Source: Ylistrum balloti (Eukaryota). Taken from it: DNA of 64,000 nt. This document shows, one piece after another, positions 61,625 to 64,000 of this stretch (the first letter of the stretch is position 1; each line of letters opens with the position of its first letter). Under the pieces are notes generated by a model. That model did not search any database, had not been told where the DNA came from, and was given only the letters and a program-made list of their open reading frames with translations. The stretch covers positions 1,116,001-1,180,000 of the forward strand of contig NW_026782237.1 of the NCBI RefSeq assembly GCF_031769215.1. The letters run 5' to 3'. Made by a program: the position numbers and the translations under genes.

Positions 61625-63400
61625 ATGTCTTCCTATGCGCTTTTCACATCATGCTGCAACGATTTCAAACCTGATGAATTGATTCGACGTACGTTTTTTC
61701 ACTTAACATAAAACGTTGAATGTAGCGTATAGCCGAAGTTAATTCAATAAGTTCAATTAGTCATCAGAATTATTAAGATGAACGGAAACTGTTAGGACAG
61801 TAGCTGTAAGCTGAACAAGACGTTTCGGCCAAGAAATTAGTAATGTACCGAAATGACTTTACTTTGACACGGAAACCCGGACACCGACCTGAAGTTGACT
61901 AGAAATTATAGCAGGCATTTAAGAATTGGGCTTTGTCACTGAGTATGTTTGAATGATATATTAATTATATCCTGGTAATGTATATCATATGCATTTCAAG
62001 CAATTTGGGCATCTCTGGAAATAAACATGTAACGGATGCATCATGATCAGTGATCATGTTAAAGCTATGATCTCCGGTAAACAACAGTATCCTGTTCAGG
62101 TTTTTCGTTGGTTATTTCTAGAACAGTGTCCTTTTAAGATTAAATGAAGTTCTATTGTATAATTTAAATGCATTTCCTGAAAATAAATGGTGTCGTTTCC
62201 AATTTCTAATTCTTTAAAATGCTGAGAGATAGCTTAAACTCGGACTTTTCTGTTGCCCAAGTAAACAACAGTAACCTTTTGTATCAGATAAACAACAGAT
62301 GTCTTGTGTATGAGAATCAAATTATAGATAGCATTATGATCTGTATATTTGTTAACATTTTTTAAACAAAAAATATCTGGCATCCCATGTACGGACCTCA
62401 TATAAGAGGAACCCTGGGTTTGTTACTGGTATATATTTGCATGTGTAAAAAAATTTTTGCTGGTTATTGGTGAACTTAACACTGGTTTTTCTTTAAATTT
62501 CAGAAATATTGAATATTGACAACTTACCATCAGCCAGCCACTTGATTGAGGATATATTGGGATACGACTGGCACATAGATACCAAATACTATACTGCAGA
62601 TATTCAGTTGTGCTGTACAGCAAGAAGAACTATTGGTGATGAAAGTTTTGCTGAGAATGTCCATGCTTTTGTGGTCTATTTTGATGCGGAGGAGGTAAGA
62701 CTTATGAAAAATCCTCTGGCCTTTTCTTACTCTATTATCCAGCCTGATACACACAAAAGTATTTTAATATTTGCAACACAGTGTATATGTTGAAGTGATA
62801 TGTGAATGTATTGTAGTCATAAAAAGAATAACAATGCTCTGAAAATTTGATAAGCAAGTCTTGTCCATACATTGAAATTTGTCAGAACAATCTGGGTAAT
62901 TTTTAACTATTTGCCAGTCAAAATTTGAGCATGATATGTTTCATGTGCTGTACATACTGTCCATTCACCTGAACTTGTGATACAGGCCCATTGGGTCTCT
63001 TGTGATACTATTATTTTGCGATTGGCTCTGATGTAATAGGAATCATGCAGGAATGGATACACTAATCATAAAGAATAAATCTTTAGTATAAATTCACCAT
63101 TGCATTTAAACCTCATCACTCACTTCCACTGGTTTCAGGGTTTTAACCAAATTTTGGACATTTTAACATATCTTCAGATGAGAATGCTTTATTTCATTGT
63201 GTGTTATTGTTGTTATGTCATAGTTTGATATCAAATGCATCACCATGTCATCACAATGTATGATACTCTAGCTTTCTTTTGGATTTCCTCTCTGTTACAG
63301 AGCAAGACTTTTGAGCTGGCCAAGTCCTGGCTTCCCTACCTAAAGCAGATAGAACCAGCAATACAAATCCTTGTTTGCCATTCCTGTTCAGAGAGCACCA
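61625..63400 (+). CDS. AAGAB: Alpha- and gamma-adaptin-binding protein p34, first three exons (gene continues beyond window)
   Basis: Exons 61625-61688, 62504-62694, 63301-63400, phase-consistent. MSSYALFTSCC..LIRQIL, WHIDTKYYTADIQLC, VHAFVVYFD, SWLPYL..QILVC match AAGAB. Confidence 0.92.
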
Positions 63401-63639
63401 GTATGTTTTCTCATTCCACACTGAAAATCAGCAAGTTCTAGTTCAACTAACTAGTTCAATCTTGCCTTAGTTCATTATTAAGGAAGAGTTGATGATTTTT
63501 CTATGTTCTTTTAATGTTCAGAAAATATTTCTTATAATGTTATAAATATATTTAATCAAGCTATTATTTGTGATGGAATTCATGAACACTGCCCAGAGAA
63601 TTTCAGCTAGACTTGACAATCCAAAAACTCTTTAGAAAC

Positions 63640-63800
63640 CAGTGCCCGGTTGTTCAAAACTGTCATTAAGCTTATGACGTTGTTAAACTATGGTTAGCAT
63701 GTTGCTAAAATTTAGCAATGTCGTCAACTGTTGTTCCAAAAAAAAATATCACTTAAGGACTCACTGATTATTGGCTAACTTTAATCATTCATGTACCCAT
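63640..63800. mobile_element. Possible MITE fragment (gcccggttgttcaaaa end; internal palindrome ttgctaaaatttagcaa)
   Basis: Terminal-like motif at ~63643 and palindrome at ~63702-63718; second end not found. Confidence 0.3.
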
Positions 63801-64000
63801 GGTTAAGTATTTAACGGGGTGTTAAATATTACTGCTTTGGTGCTTGCTGTTGTGCGTCCTCAGAGGAAACAGTGTGTCTTCCACCATCAGACAATTCTAG
63901 ACTGATCGTTAAACGAACCATGAATTGAGGAAGAGGTGTAGATTTGGATGCCATGCTTTTTATTTCATCACACACCTCCTCAAAGAAGATCTAGAGAGAA

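Overview
AT-rich animal genomic DNA. The repeat content suggests a bivalve mollusc, which is an inference. Five intron-containing genes were reconstructed by hand from GT-AG sites and exon phase: LINS1 (minus, 997-5560); two tandem TRMT1/Trm1 paralogues (plus, 8570-12246 and 21882-25033); IQCH (minus, 23 coding exons, 28439-61424); and the 5' part of AAGAB (plus, from 61625). IQCH and AAGAB are head-to-head, about 200 bp ATG to ATG. Introns and intergenic DNA hold decayed CR1/L2-type LINEs, Harbinger, hAT and Tc1 remnants, a TA-target MITE, a short LTR carrying a tRNA-like core, and many minisatellites. Two observations stand out. (1) The TRMT1 pair appears to have split the ancestral nuclear plus mitochondrial targeting by reciprocal loss, with relics of the lost signal visible in each copy's UTR, while the catalytic exons are nearly identical. 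(2) Several minisatellites are built from the host gene's own processing signals (donor, acceptor, microexon-like cassette, stop codon) in sense orientation. Counts and identities were made by eye and are approximate.
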